Below, piece after piece: positions 8,081-15,956 of a DNA stretch of 45,587 nt. Every line of letters begins with the position of its first letter. Within the stretch, counting starts at the first letter, position 1. This DNA is from a virus. Taxonomy: Duplodnaviria > Caudoviricetes. A model generated the notes under the pieces. The model saw only the letters and a program-made list of their open reading frames with translations, searched no databases and was not told the origin of the DNA. The stretch is from the IMG/VR virus record IMGVR_UViG_3300024259_000058, positions 1 to 45,587 of that record; one strand, 5' to 3'. Made by a program: the position numbers and the translations under genes.

Positions 8081-8535
8081 ATATTTATTCCATTACTTTT
8101 TAAGATTTGTTTTATTTCTTCACGCTTTTGGTTAGCTTCCTTATAACAACACTCACATTGTTTTTCAAAATTTCCACTATCCAGCTCACAACAACATTCT
8201 TTCTCCTCCCCAACAATCTCTTTTGCTAGGCGTTCTAATTCTTTTTGGAAAGAATTATCAAGTCTTACAAAAAATTTGCTTGTAGGATATATTCCTACAC
8301 CGTATTTATTATCAAACATTTCTGATATTGCGTCTGTTCTTTCTTTTTGAAAACGACTGAGTGGTGTATTTTTTTCTGCTAATTTTACCTCGTTTATTGT
8401 TTTCATACTGTTCATTCTTTGATTAAAAGCAGTCTCTACGCAACTCAGCATTGCTTCTACTGTTCCAGTTGTTTTGGTTGGTTCTAAATCGCAAGGCTTT
8501 TTATCTTTTCCTCTAAATTTGATTTCTCTGTTCAT
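8077..8535 (-). CDS. Hypothetical mosaic protein with YopX-like first residues
   Basis: Starts MNREIKFRGKD; remainder unrelated to YopX. Confidence 0.6.
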   Translation of the reverse strand: MNREIKFRGKDKKPCDLEPTKTTGTVEAMLSCVETAFNQRMNSMKTINEVKLAEKNTPLSRFQKERTDAISEMFDNKYGVGIYPTSKFFVRLDNSFQKELERLAKEIVGEEKECCCELDSGNFEKQCECCYKEANQKREEIKQILKSNGINI

Positions 8536-8573
8536 ATAGTTATTTTATTAGTATAGTTATACCTTTGTTATAC

Positions 8574-8786
8574 TTATTTTATCCAAAGTTTATACCATTT
8601 TCTTTTGTAGTCTTGACAATCATTGTTTTTATTTACATCTTTGCAATTTTTACGCCAAGTCTCTACCTCTATTGGGGTTGTTATACCCTCCCAACGAACA
8701 GCACATTTTCGCCCGATGATAAAACTTTCCGTTGGATGCAATATTTCTCTATAATGTTTACAGTTTATGCAGTATACTTTCTCCAT
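8574..8786 (-). CDS. Small Cys-rich protein
   Basis: CINCKH...C...C...C pattern. Confidence 0.6.
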   Translation of the reverse strand: MEKVYCINCKHYREILHPTESFIIGRKCAVRWEGITTPIEVETWRKNCKDVNKNNDCQDYKRKWYKLWIK

Positions 8787-8792
8787 ATAATT

Positions 8793-9176
8793 TTATATAG
8801 CGTAGCCAGTCTTTGATTTACTTAAATCTTTATTTTCGTAGATGTTACCGATGATTTCTGTAGCATGATTAGCACCGTGATTATTTATTTGGAATCCGTC
8901 ACATTGCCAAACAACTTCTGAGAGCCAACATCCCAAATCTTTCTCATATTTACAACACCCTCCCGAACATTTATCTTCTTTTGGTAGCTTTACTATATCC
9001 CCCTCATAAATCTCTTTTCCCTGTTTATCTAGTAAGCCTGTGTTTTGCATTATTTCTTTTGTTCCCTCTACATCTCCGAGCATTGAAAACATTATAAATG
9101 AACCTTTCAATTGAGACGTTGATTGATAAATCATCTTCTTACCATCCCACGCTCTAAATTTTATTTTTCTGTTCAT
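8793..9176 (-). CDS. YopX family protein
   Basis: IKFRAWD, MQNTGLLDKQGKEIYEGDIV, EIIGNIYEN. Confidence 0.9.
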   Translation of the reverse strand: MNRKIKFRAWDGKKMIYQSTSQLKGSFIMFSMLGDVEGTKEIMQNTGLLDKQGKEIYEGDIVKLPKEDKCSGGCCKYEKDLGCWLSEVVWQCDGFQINNHGANHATEIIGNIYENKDLSKSKTGYAI

Positions 9177-9316
9177 AAATTTATTTATTAGTTGGTTTAA
9201 AAAATTCTTTTATATCTTTATTTGTCATCTTTTTACAAAGTTTTTTCTCTTCTTTATCGTTATCAAACTTTATTCCAATAATATTTAAATCCTTGTCTTT
9301 AATTAGCTTCATATAG

Positions 9317-9571
9317 TTATTTAACACAATTATATAATTCATCTACATAATGTAGTTTACATTTTTGTACAAATTCTTCGTGTCTTTCTTGGCATTTCTG
9401 AGTTTCGCAAGATGATGGAGTTGAGCAGAGATTATAAAAGTCTTTTGTGTGTTGGCATTCTTCTGAGCTTTGGTATTCTACTTGAGGATTTTTACCCTCT
9501 AATCCTACTGCTAATCCTAATGTTATTGTACACATTATTATCACTATCATTATTAAAGTTTCAAATTTCAT
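9317..9571 (-). CDS. Secreted or membrane Cys-rich protein
   Basis: N-terminal hydrophobic segment, six Cys after it. Confidence 0.6.
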   Translation of the reverse strand: MKFETLIMIVIIMCTITLGLAVGLEGKNPQVEYQSSEECQHTKDFYNLCSTPSSCETQKCQERHEEFVQKCKLHYVDELYNCVK

Positions 9572-9583
9572 AAAGTTATTTAG

Positions 9584-10279
9584 TTAATAAACTATACTCC
9601 ACTCTTGTCTGACTATATCTTGAGCTAAGAGGAAGGTGTTTATTTGCCCTATCGGGGTTGTTTCAGGGAGATTGAGGCGATAGGACATTTGCTCTATTAA
9701 ATGCTCTGTATCGTTCTCGTGTGGCGGAGAATAGACTGTTAGGAACTCTCTAATGGTAGAGTGGGAGTTTAATCTGCCTCCTGGGTCTTTTTTAGCCTCT
9801 ATATCTTGCATTAAAGCTGCGAAGCCAGTTAATATACCTGGGAATACCATAAATTGTCCGTTAGGAGCTACAAGATTCCCTGGATTATTACGCTTTACTT
9901 TTCCATCAAGAGATTGAATATACTTTAATCTCTTTTGTTCAACTGATAATCCTACAGTGGGGGTGGAGTCATTGGCTTTCGCCTCTTCCACCCTGCCACT
10001 CTTAGGAAGACGTACAAGAGAGCCTGTAGATACACTAGCTGCCGTCTTGTCGTCAATTTGTTCACAATCACTGGCGTGCATTCCATTATTGCAGAGTTCC
10101 AGTTCTTCAGATGTATATATAATCATATCTGCTCTTACTTTGTGGATTGCTACGCCACTTGTGGCAATTAGCATAGTAAGTACAGATAATGTTGCTAAAA
10201 TGATATTGATTTGTTTTGTTCTTTTTCTACTCCGATGATATTTTTTCATCGAGATAGAAATCTTTTGTTCTCTAGTCAT
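9584..10279 (-). CDS. Membrane-anchored lysozyme-like (NNPGNL family) protein
   Basis: TM near N-terminus; RNNPGNL...GFAAL...TIREFLTVYSPPHENDT. Confidence 0.6.
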   Translation of the reverse strand: MTREQKISISMKKYHRSRKRTKQINIILATLSVLTMLIATSGVAIHKVRADMIIYTSEELELCNNGMHASDCEQIDDKTAASVSTGSLVRLPKSGRVEEAKANDSTPTVGLSVEQKRLKYIQSLDGKVKRNNPGNLVAPNGQFMVFPGILTGFAALMQDIEAKKDPGGRLNSHSTIREFLTVYSPPHENDTEHLIEQMSYRLNLPETTPIGQINTFLLAQDIVRQEWSIVY

Positions 10280-10285
10280 ATAGTT

Positions 10286-10438
10286 TTAGTTATTTAGGTT
10301 TTTATCGTTATTATATTTCTTCATTGTGGCGCAGTATTGACAGTCCGGGCAGTTGATCCACTTGGAGCGGTACTCTAGGTAGATATATGCTTGCTTGGAG
10401 TTGCACCGGGGGCAAGGTAGGCGTTTAGTGTCTTTCAT
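10286..10438 (-). CDS. Small zinc-ribbon protein (50 aa)
   Basis: My translation MKDTKRLPCPRCNSKQAYIYLEYRSKWINCPDCQYC...; CxxC...CxxC. Confidence 0.65.
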   Translation of the reverse strand: MKDTKRLPCPRCNSKQAYIYLEYRSKWINCPDCQYCATMKKYNNDKNLNN

Positions 10439-10613
10439 ATAGTTGGTTATCGTGAGCGATGCGCTCTTGTATTAGTTCTTCTGTTTCTTGAGGTGTTAGG
10501 GAGTGTGAGGGGTAATCCTTTAGAGTGCGGCCGTATAGGATGAAGTCCTGCCAGTAGTGGGGGTTGTGGGATGCTTCGGCCTTGGTTGTGAATTGTTTTG
10601 GTTTCTTAATCAT
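10425..10613 (-). CDS. Hypothetical protein, probably leaderless mRNA
   Basis: ATG 7 nt downstream of -10 box. Confidence 0.6.
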   Translation of the reverse strand: MIKKPKQFTTKAEASHNPHYWQDFILYGRTLKDYPSHSLTPQETEELIQERIAHDNQLYERH

Positions 10614-10619
10614 GATTGT

Positions 10620-10664
10620 AGTATAGCATATTATAATAGTGTTGTCAATGGTTAGTTATCCCCA
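10620..10664 (-). promoter_or_regulatory. Sigma70 promoter with upstream DnaA-like box
   Basis: TTGACA-17 bp-TATACT with TG; TTATCCCCA at 10656-10664. Confidence 0.8.
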
Positions 10665-10871
10665 GTAGGTTGTAAAAGGAGATCCCCCAAAGAGATGAAA
10701 GGTGGGGTGGTGGTGGGAAAGCCGTTCCCTTACTTTGTTAGTTAGGTGATGGTTTTTAGGTTGATGTTGGGAGTAGTGGAGCGTCCGTATTGTGGGTTAT
10801 TTTTCCCCTGCGTAGTGCTATGAAAATATTTTGCATTTACCCTATAAGTTTTATTAGATTAGATTGATATT

Positions 10872-11018
10872 TCAGCTTAAACCTGCACCCAAGCTGATGT
10901 ATTTTATGCCTTCTTTTTTAGCTTTATCAAACTGTTCATTGCTAAAGGCGAAAAATGCACCTGCCTTGTTAAGGGCTTTTGTTTGTTTGTTCTCCATATA
11001 GTCCATTAAATACTTCAT
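10872..11018 (-). pseudogene. Short, probably truncated early protein (48 aa)
   Basis: My translation MKYLMDYMENKQTKALNKAGAFFAFSNEQFDKAKKEGIKYISLGAGLS. Confidence 0.45.
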
Positions 11019-11099
11019 ATAGGTTGTAAGGTGCGGGGGTAAACTACTTTATTGCGCCGGTAACGGGTTTGGGTTTGGTTACCGGCGGTGTAAAGGGGT

Positions 11100-11258
11100 T
11101 TACTGTTCTAATAATTGTTTAACTTCTTCTATCTTATTGTGCATTGTTTGATCTATTCTGATGACTGTATAGGGTATAAAGTCATAGCCGAATTTAACTT
11201 TTCCTTGCTCTTTGTACTGCTCTATTAAGTCGATTAGTTCTTTTAGTTGTTTTTGCAT
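11100..11258 (-). CDS. Small hypothetical protein (52 aa)
   Basis: My translation MQKQLKELIDLIEQYKEQGKVKFGYDFIPY...; aactatATG start context. Confidence 0.6.
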   Translation of the reverse strand: MQKQLKELIDLIEQYKEQGKVKFGYDFIPYTVIRIDQTMHNKIEEVKQLLEQ

Positions 11259-11280
11259 ATAGTTTAGTTTAGTTAGTTAG

Positions 11281-11616
11281 TTAGTTGTCTAAATCTTTTA
11301 ATTTGTAAGGGATAACTTCGTTGATGTCCACCCAAACATTGAATAAAGCGCGTTTGTTGTCTATTTCTGTTTTTCCTCTATATATATAGCCTATATGTAT
11401 TGTTTCACCGTCCTTAGTGTCTACATACATATTTTGTTTAGGTTTCCCCTTATATAGTAGTTCTACATAGTCATTGTCATATATAACGTCTTTGATCATT
11501 GTGTGGAGGTTTTGTTTTGGCTTTAATGTAAAGATTTTGTTTTTGATATAGCTTTCGCTATAAAATTTGTCGGTTGTGTCTTCGTAAGAGACATTTAATA
11601 AGATTTGTTTGTTCAT
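11281..11616 (-). CDS. Hypothetical early protein
   Basis: 111 aa ORF; aactatATG context. Confidence 0.75.
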   Translation of the reverse strand: MNKQILLNVSYEDTTDKFYSESYIKNKIFTLKPKQNLHTMIKDVIYDNDYVELLYKGKPKQNMYVDTKDGETIHIGYIYRGKTEIDNKRALFNVWVDINEVIPYKLKDLDN

Positions 11617-11620
11617 ATAG

Positions 11621-11785
11621 TTATTTATTTAGTAAATTAGATAAGATTGATGTTTTAGGGCGTTTTACAAGGCATGGGGTGATGATTTGGCGGAGTTTGT
11701 AGCGCTGGTTTAGGTTTTTGTCCATTAAAGACCATAAAGCAAGACGCTCACGGGCTTCTTTTGGGGTTTCTTTTGTTGTTTTCAT
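11621..11785 (-). CDS. Small hypothetical protein (54 aa)
   Basis: My translation MKTTKETPKEARERLALWSLMDKNLNQRYKLRQII...; first ORF after promoter. Confidence 0.5.
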   Translation of the reverse strand: MKTTKETPKEARERLALWSLMDKNLNQRYKLRQIITPCLVKRPKTSILSNLLNK

Positions 11786-11871
11786 AGGTTTTGGCCTTGT
11801 GTGGGCCGGAAAAGATGCCGAGGTGGCAGAAGTTCCGGGGTTGCAAGGGTTGTTGTTTTATACTTATCTAT

Positions 11872-11927
11872 ATTATAACATAGATAAATGATAGTGTCAA
11901 GCGATTTAAGGGGTTGGTTGTGGATAA
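11872..11927 (-). promoter_or_regulatory. Strong sigma70 early promoter with DnaA box
   Basis: TTGACA-17 bp-TATAAT with TG; perfect TTATCCACA at 11919-11927. Confidence 0.85.
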
Positions 11928-12017
11928 CTATTAAATATCTTTATCATAATATAGATATTCCAAGGTCTAAACATACCACGGCATAGATAAACGGGGCTTA
12001 AAACGCGTTTAAATGCT

Positions 12018-12206
12018 TTATTTTTTCCTGAAAAGGCTTAAATAGCTATTATGACGTTGTCTTTTGTACTCCTTGTATAGTTTGGGAGCTTGTTTTTTTA
12101 GTTCTCTTTTAATGTGTGATAAGAGTACAAGCGTATCGATTAAATATTTAGCTTGTTTTGGGTCACTGGTGGCTTGGGTGACGTGGCGGTTAATTGTGTT
12201 TTGCAT
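12018..12206 (-). CDS. Hypothetical early protein
   Basis: 62 aa ORF downstream of operator cluster. Confidence 0.55.
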   Translation of the reverse strand: MQNTINRHVTQATSDPKQAKYLIDTLVLLSHIKRELKKQAPKLYKEYKRQRHNSYLSLFRKK

Positions 12207-12236
12207 AATGTTTAAATTAAATAAATTAGATAGTTA

Positions 12237-12329
12237 TGTAATAGTTATTATTACAGGGGTGTGATGTGATGTAATAGTTTCTATTACCGCTGTAATAATA
12301 ACTATTACACATTTTTAAGATTATGTCAA
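12237..12329 (-). promoter_or_regulatory. Three 19 bp operator-like palindromes overlapping a probable leftward promoter
   Basis: TGTAATAR-N3-YTATTAC(A/C) at 12237, 12270 and 12291; TTGACA at 12324-12329 on minus strand, weak -10. Confidence 0.65.
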
Positions 12330-12437
12330 ATTATTTTTTGTTTTTTTGGGTGTTTTTTCGGACTTTTGGGCTTAAAATAGCGATTTATGTTTGTTGTGGT
12401 ATTGATAAAATGGTGTTTACTGTTTGCAAGTGTGATG

Positions 12438-12732
12438 GAGATAGCCCAATAACCAAGCCATTATCGGGGTTTCTGTTACAAAATCACACTTGTTTTATAT
12501 TAAGTATAAAAAAATTATAGTATTTATGTATATATTTTATATTTTTTTTATTGCACTATAGGAAAGTAGTGTGATTTTGTAACATTTTGGTTTTTAGGGG
12601 CTTTTCTTGGCTTGGTTGTTGGCGTCTCTCTGTAACGGTAGATGAAAAGTGACGTTACAAGCCAAGTTGGCTTAGTTACTGGGCTATCTCTGTAAAAGTG
12701 AGAAAAGTGACGTTACAAGCCAAGTTGGCTTA
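12438..12732. repeat. Origin-like region: nested inverted repeats around AT-rich core plus 31 bp direct repeats
   Basis: 17 bp perfect IR 12474-12490/12568-12584; outer IR 12438-12460/12608-12630; direct repeat 12644-12674/12702-12732. Confidence 0.7.
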
Positions 12733-13098
12733 AAATGGTGGTTATGGTGTAGAATTGAATCGGTTATGGTGGTTATGAAATTCGTCTCGATGGTTTTTAG
12801 GTTGTCAGATCACAACTATAACAGTTCAATCATCACGCATTACACGCTTATATCAGACCATTTTACCCCTACAGGCTTAAAAATGAGTATTCAGCCGTTA
12901 TATTTTGGCTATGCTATGCTGTTTTCAGGCTATGGGTCGCAAATTGTATATTAACTGGCGACTGTTAACTGGTGCGACTATAAGGAGGGGGACACGCCAC
13001 CCTTCACCCTCCCAAATTTTAATATAGTCAACCCCCAAATATATATATCGAAAAATCAATAAATATTCATCTACACCACAACAAAGTTAATACAAATA

Positions 13099-13130
13099 AA
13101 AAAAACAGCATAATAAATAGCTGTTTTTTT
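13099..13130. terminator. Bidirectional intrinsic terminator
   Basis: AAAAAAACAGC...GCTGTTTTTTT just downstream of HNH gene. Confidence 0.55.
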
Positions 13131-13146
13131 ATACCTCTAAAGAGTC

Positions 13147-13617
13147 TTACTCATCACCCTTACCCCTATTACAAATATGGCATAACACCTGCAAATTTTC
13201 CTCATCGTTAGTCCCTCCCTTAGCACGTGGGATAATATGATCTACCTCTAACAACCTTTCAGGAGAGCCATGTCCACACGCGACACATTTAAAGTTATCC
13301 CTTTTTAGGATTTTATAACGTAACTTAGTCGGCATTATTAATTTTTTATATTTATGTTCTTTATAAGCCCATTTAACGCGTCCTTTCTTGATTGCACTTC
13401 TGTAAGAGTCTCCGACGCTCCTTGTTACTCCTAAACGTGCCATACGCCGTTGAATTGACCTTTCATTCAAATCAAACCCTTTCTCTTTCCAGAGCCAATC
13501 TCCTATCTCTCTGCCACACATCTTTTCGTCAACATATTTCTTCACAAAGATTTTATCAACCTCCTTGCTGGTCTTCACTCCTAACGCTTTTATTAAGCCC
13601 ATTGTTTGTTTGTTCAT
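13147..13617 (-). CDS. HNH endonuclease with N-terminal HTH-like region
   Basis: LRYKILKRDNFKCVACG...LEVDHIIPRAKGGTNDEENLQVLCHICNRGK. Confidence 0.92.
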   Translation of the reverse strand: MNKQTMGLIKALGVKTSKEVDKIFVKKYVDEKMCGREIGDWLWKEKGFDLNERSIQRRMARLGVTRSVGDSYRSAIKKGRVKWAYKEHKYKKLIMPTKLRYKILKRDNFKCVACGHGSPERLLEVDHIIPRAKGGTNDEENLQVLCHICNRGKGDE

Positions 13618-13654
13618 ACTTATTTTTTAGTTAATAATTATATATACTATCTTT

Positions 13655-13700
13655 AGTATAACATATCAGTCGTATAAGTCAAGTAAGACTCTGTGGATAA
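13655..13700 (-). promoter_or_regulatory. Leftward sigma70 promoter with DnaA box
   Basis: TTGACT-16 bp-TATACT with TG; TGTGGATAA at 13692-13700. Confidence 0.6.
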
Positions 13701-13737
13701 CTCACCAAAATACCCTCCAAACAATATTATAATATTC

Positions 13738-13766
13738 TTGACAATCACCAATTTTTGTGCTAGGAT
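13738..13766 (+). promoter_or_regulatory. Rightward promoter of packaging/structural operon
   Basis: TTGACA-17 bp-TAGGAT with TG; palindrome AATATTATAATATT at 13723-13736. Confidence 0.7.
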
Positions 13767-13791
13767 TTTAATATAACCTTTTACGACACTT

Positions 13792-14268
13792 ATGGCTGAA
13801 ACACTACCTTTTAAACAACAAAAAAAAATAATTTCTCTTTTCCTTTGGGGAGAAGATCCGAAAGAAATAGCTAAAAAGTACAATATCACCACCAAACTCG
13901 TTACTTCGATAGTCCAATCCAACACTACAACTAGAACCGATATAGAAAAATCTAACATAGCTCTTAATATTACCAGAGAAAATGCCAAAATTTACGATTT
14001 GAAATTGAAAGCGTTAGATCTCCTTGACTCAGCCATAGAAGAATCTGCTACCAAGGACGATAAGCAAAAATTCATCCAAAATTTTACAGCTTGGTTTTCT
14101 ACAATGGACAAGACTTTTAGGTTAAACAACGACATGGCTACAGACAATAAACAAACCAAGCACACTACCGTTGATGTTGCTAAAATTCTTGAACAAATGA
14201 AGACACCGGAACAAAAGAAAGCGTTTTTATTAGATCAAATAACAACAAACAGCACAAATAAACAATAA
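13792..14268 (+). CDS. terS: Terminase small subunit
   Basis: N-terminal HTH (PKEIAKKYNITTKLV); position immediately before terL. Confidence 0.7.
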   Translation: MAETLPFKQQKKIISLFLWGEDPKEIAKKYNITTKLVTSIVQSNTTTRTDIEKSNIALNITRENAKIYDLKLKALDLLDSAIEESATKDDKQKFIQNFTAWFSTMDKTFRLNNDMATDNKQTKHTTVDVAKILEQMKTPEQKKAFLLDQITTNSTNKQ

Positions 14269-14382
14269 AATAGTGTCGTGCCTTTCGTAGGCACAGGGTC
14301 GAAGAGAATACCTTACTTTTTAAAAAAGATTCAAGCTAGGGGTTGGGAGCTTAAAGGGTATATTATTGTTATCTATCATTAT

Positions 14383-15948
14383 ATGTCACAACATTCTACA
14401 GCCATCACTAAAATTGAAAGGATAACACCACAACTACAAAAGGAAATATTACAAAAGAATTTAGATGAAAGGTTTAACTATAACATTCTTATTCATAAAG
14501 ACCAAATAGATCGTAAGAAGAATGAAGTTATACTCGCAGATCTTTGTAAAAATTCGTTTAAATTTTTCTGCAATAATTTTTTATACATTCAAGACCCGGA
14601 AGCCGATAAGTTAGAAGATAAGAATATTCCGTTCTTACTCTGGGATTATCAGGAAAAGGTTGCCGAGGAGATTATAGAGGCAGTTCTTAAAGGTTATGAT
14701 CTACCGATTGAGAAATCCAGAAAACTCGGATTAACTTGGCTAGTCTTAGCAATCTGTACTTGGGGTTGGATATTTCATGAGTGGGATGTTTTGGTAGGTT
14801 CAAGAAAATTTGAGGAAGTTGATAGAAGAGGTGATATGGGAACGCTCTTTGAAAAGGTTAGGTATATGATTTCACGCTTACCCAGTTTTCTATTTCCATA
14901 TAAATTAGATCATTACACAAATAAGGTTGGAATGATTGTTCATCCTGGGCATAAAGCCAGTATCGCCGGTGAAGGAAACTCACCTGATTTTGGTAGGTCT
15001 GATAGGCGTAAAGTCATTTTTATGGATGAGTTTACTTCCTGGGAGCAAACAGACAGGTCAGCTTGGCAAGGGTCATCAGCTACAACCCGTTGCAGAATAC
15101 CGGTATCTACTCCGAATAGAAGAGGTTCTAACTGTTTCTTTTTTCAGATAGTTAATGATTGTGATAAAAATAATAAGCCGAAACTCAGATTACATTGGAC
15201 ATTACATCCAAAATTTTCAGATGGTTTATATTTTGACGATTTAGGAAAACCGCACTCTCCTTGGTATAACTCAGAAATAAAAAGAGCAGCGGACGTAGAA
15301 TCAGTAGCTCAGGAATTAGATATTGATTACGATGCCAGTATGGCCGGAAAAGTGTTTTCAGAATTTGATTACCAGAAACAAGTGAGAGACGACCTTGAAT
15401 ACGACGAAACACTCCCACTTTATATTGGTTGGGATTTTGGGCTAGATAGTACAGCAATGGTGTTTATTCAGCTGAAAAAAAATAAATTTTTTATTATCGA
15501 TGAGTATGTAAATAAATCAATGGATATATATCATTATCTTGATGTTTTGGATAGTAAAGGATATAAGGCAGCAATTCATTATGGTGATCCGCATAGTGGA
15601 GAAAGTAGGCACATTACATCAGGACAGAGTCCGGCAACGATTTTAAGACGGCATGGTTTGGTTTTTAGGTCGCAAAGAACGAGAATACCGAATAGAGTAG
15701 CGGCAGCAAGAAATATATTAGACAAATTCTCTGTGGCTAGTTCTTGTGTCTTAACTATTGAGATGATGTCTAGTTGGCAGATGAAGAGACCAAAGACAGG
15801 GAATACACGAGCTTCTATTCCTGATCATAGTGAGCATAGTCATATCGGAGAAGCATTTACTTATTTTTGTTTTAATTATCAAGAACGTGGAAATAAAACT
15901 AAATTTAAGAAAAAAGAATATGCTACAAGTTTAAGTGGCGTTATTTAA
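14383..15948 (+). CDS. terL: Terminase large subunit
   Basis: Walker A KSRKLGLTW, Walker B VIFMDEF, STPN, nuclease IGWDFG, YGDP, HIGEAFTY; start moved to ATG 14383. Confidence 0.95.
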   Translation: MSQHSTAITKIERITPQLQKEILQKNLDERFNYNILIHKDQIDRKKNEVILADLCKNSFKFFCNNFLYIQDPEADKLEDKNIPFLLWDYQEKVAEEIIEAVLKGYDLPIEKSRKLGLTWLVLAICTWGWIFHEWDVLVGSRKFEEVDRRGDMGTLFEKVRYMISRLPSFLFPYKLDHYTNKVGMIVHPGHKASIAGEGNSPDFGRSDRRKVIFMDEFTSWEQTDRSAWQGSSATTRCRIPVSTPNRRGSNCFFFQIVNDCDKNNKPKLRLHWTLHPKFSDGLYFDDLGKPHSPWYNSEIKRAADVESVAQELDIDYDASMAGKVFSEFDYQKQVRDDLEYDETLPLYIGWDFGLDSTAMVFIQLKKNKFFIIDEYVNKSMDIYHYLDVLDSKGYKAAIHYGDPHSGESRHITSGQSPATILRRHGLVFRSQRTRIPNRVAAARNILDKFSVASSCVLTIEMMSSWQMKRPKTGNTRASIPDHSEHSHIGEAFTYFCFNYQERGNKTKFKKKEYATSLSGVI

Positions 15949-15956
15949 AAAATTTT

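Noticed and set aside
12644-12732. 31 bp direct repeat with 27 bp spacer as a mini-CRISPR array
   Set aside because: Only two copies, the spacer resembles the sequence before the first copy (so it is a ~58 bp tandem unit), and there are no cas genes
12064-12954. Plus-strand ORFs 12064-12264, 12323-12520 and 12766-12954
   Set aside because: They overlap a minus-strand gene or the operator/origin repeats, have atypical composition and lack motifs
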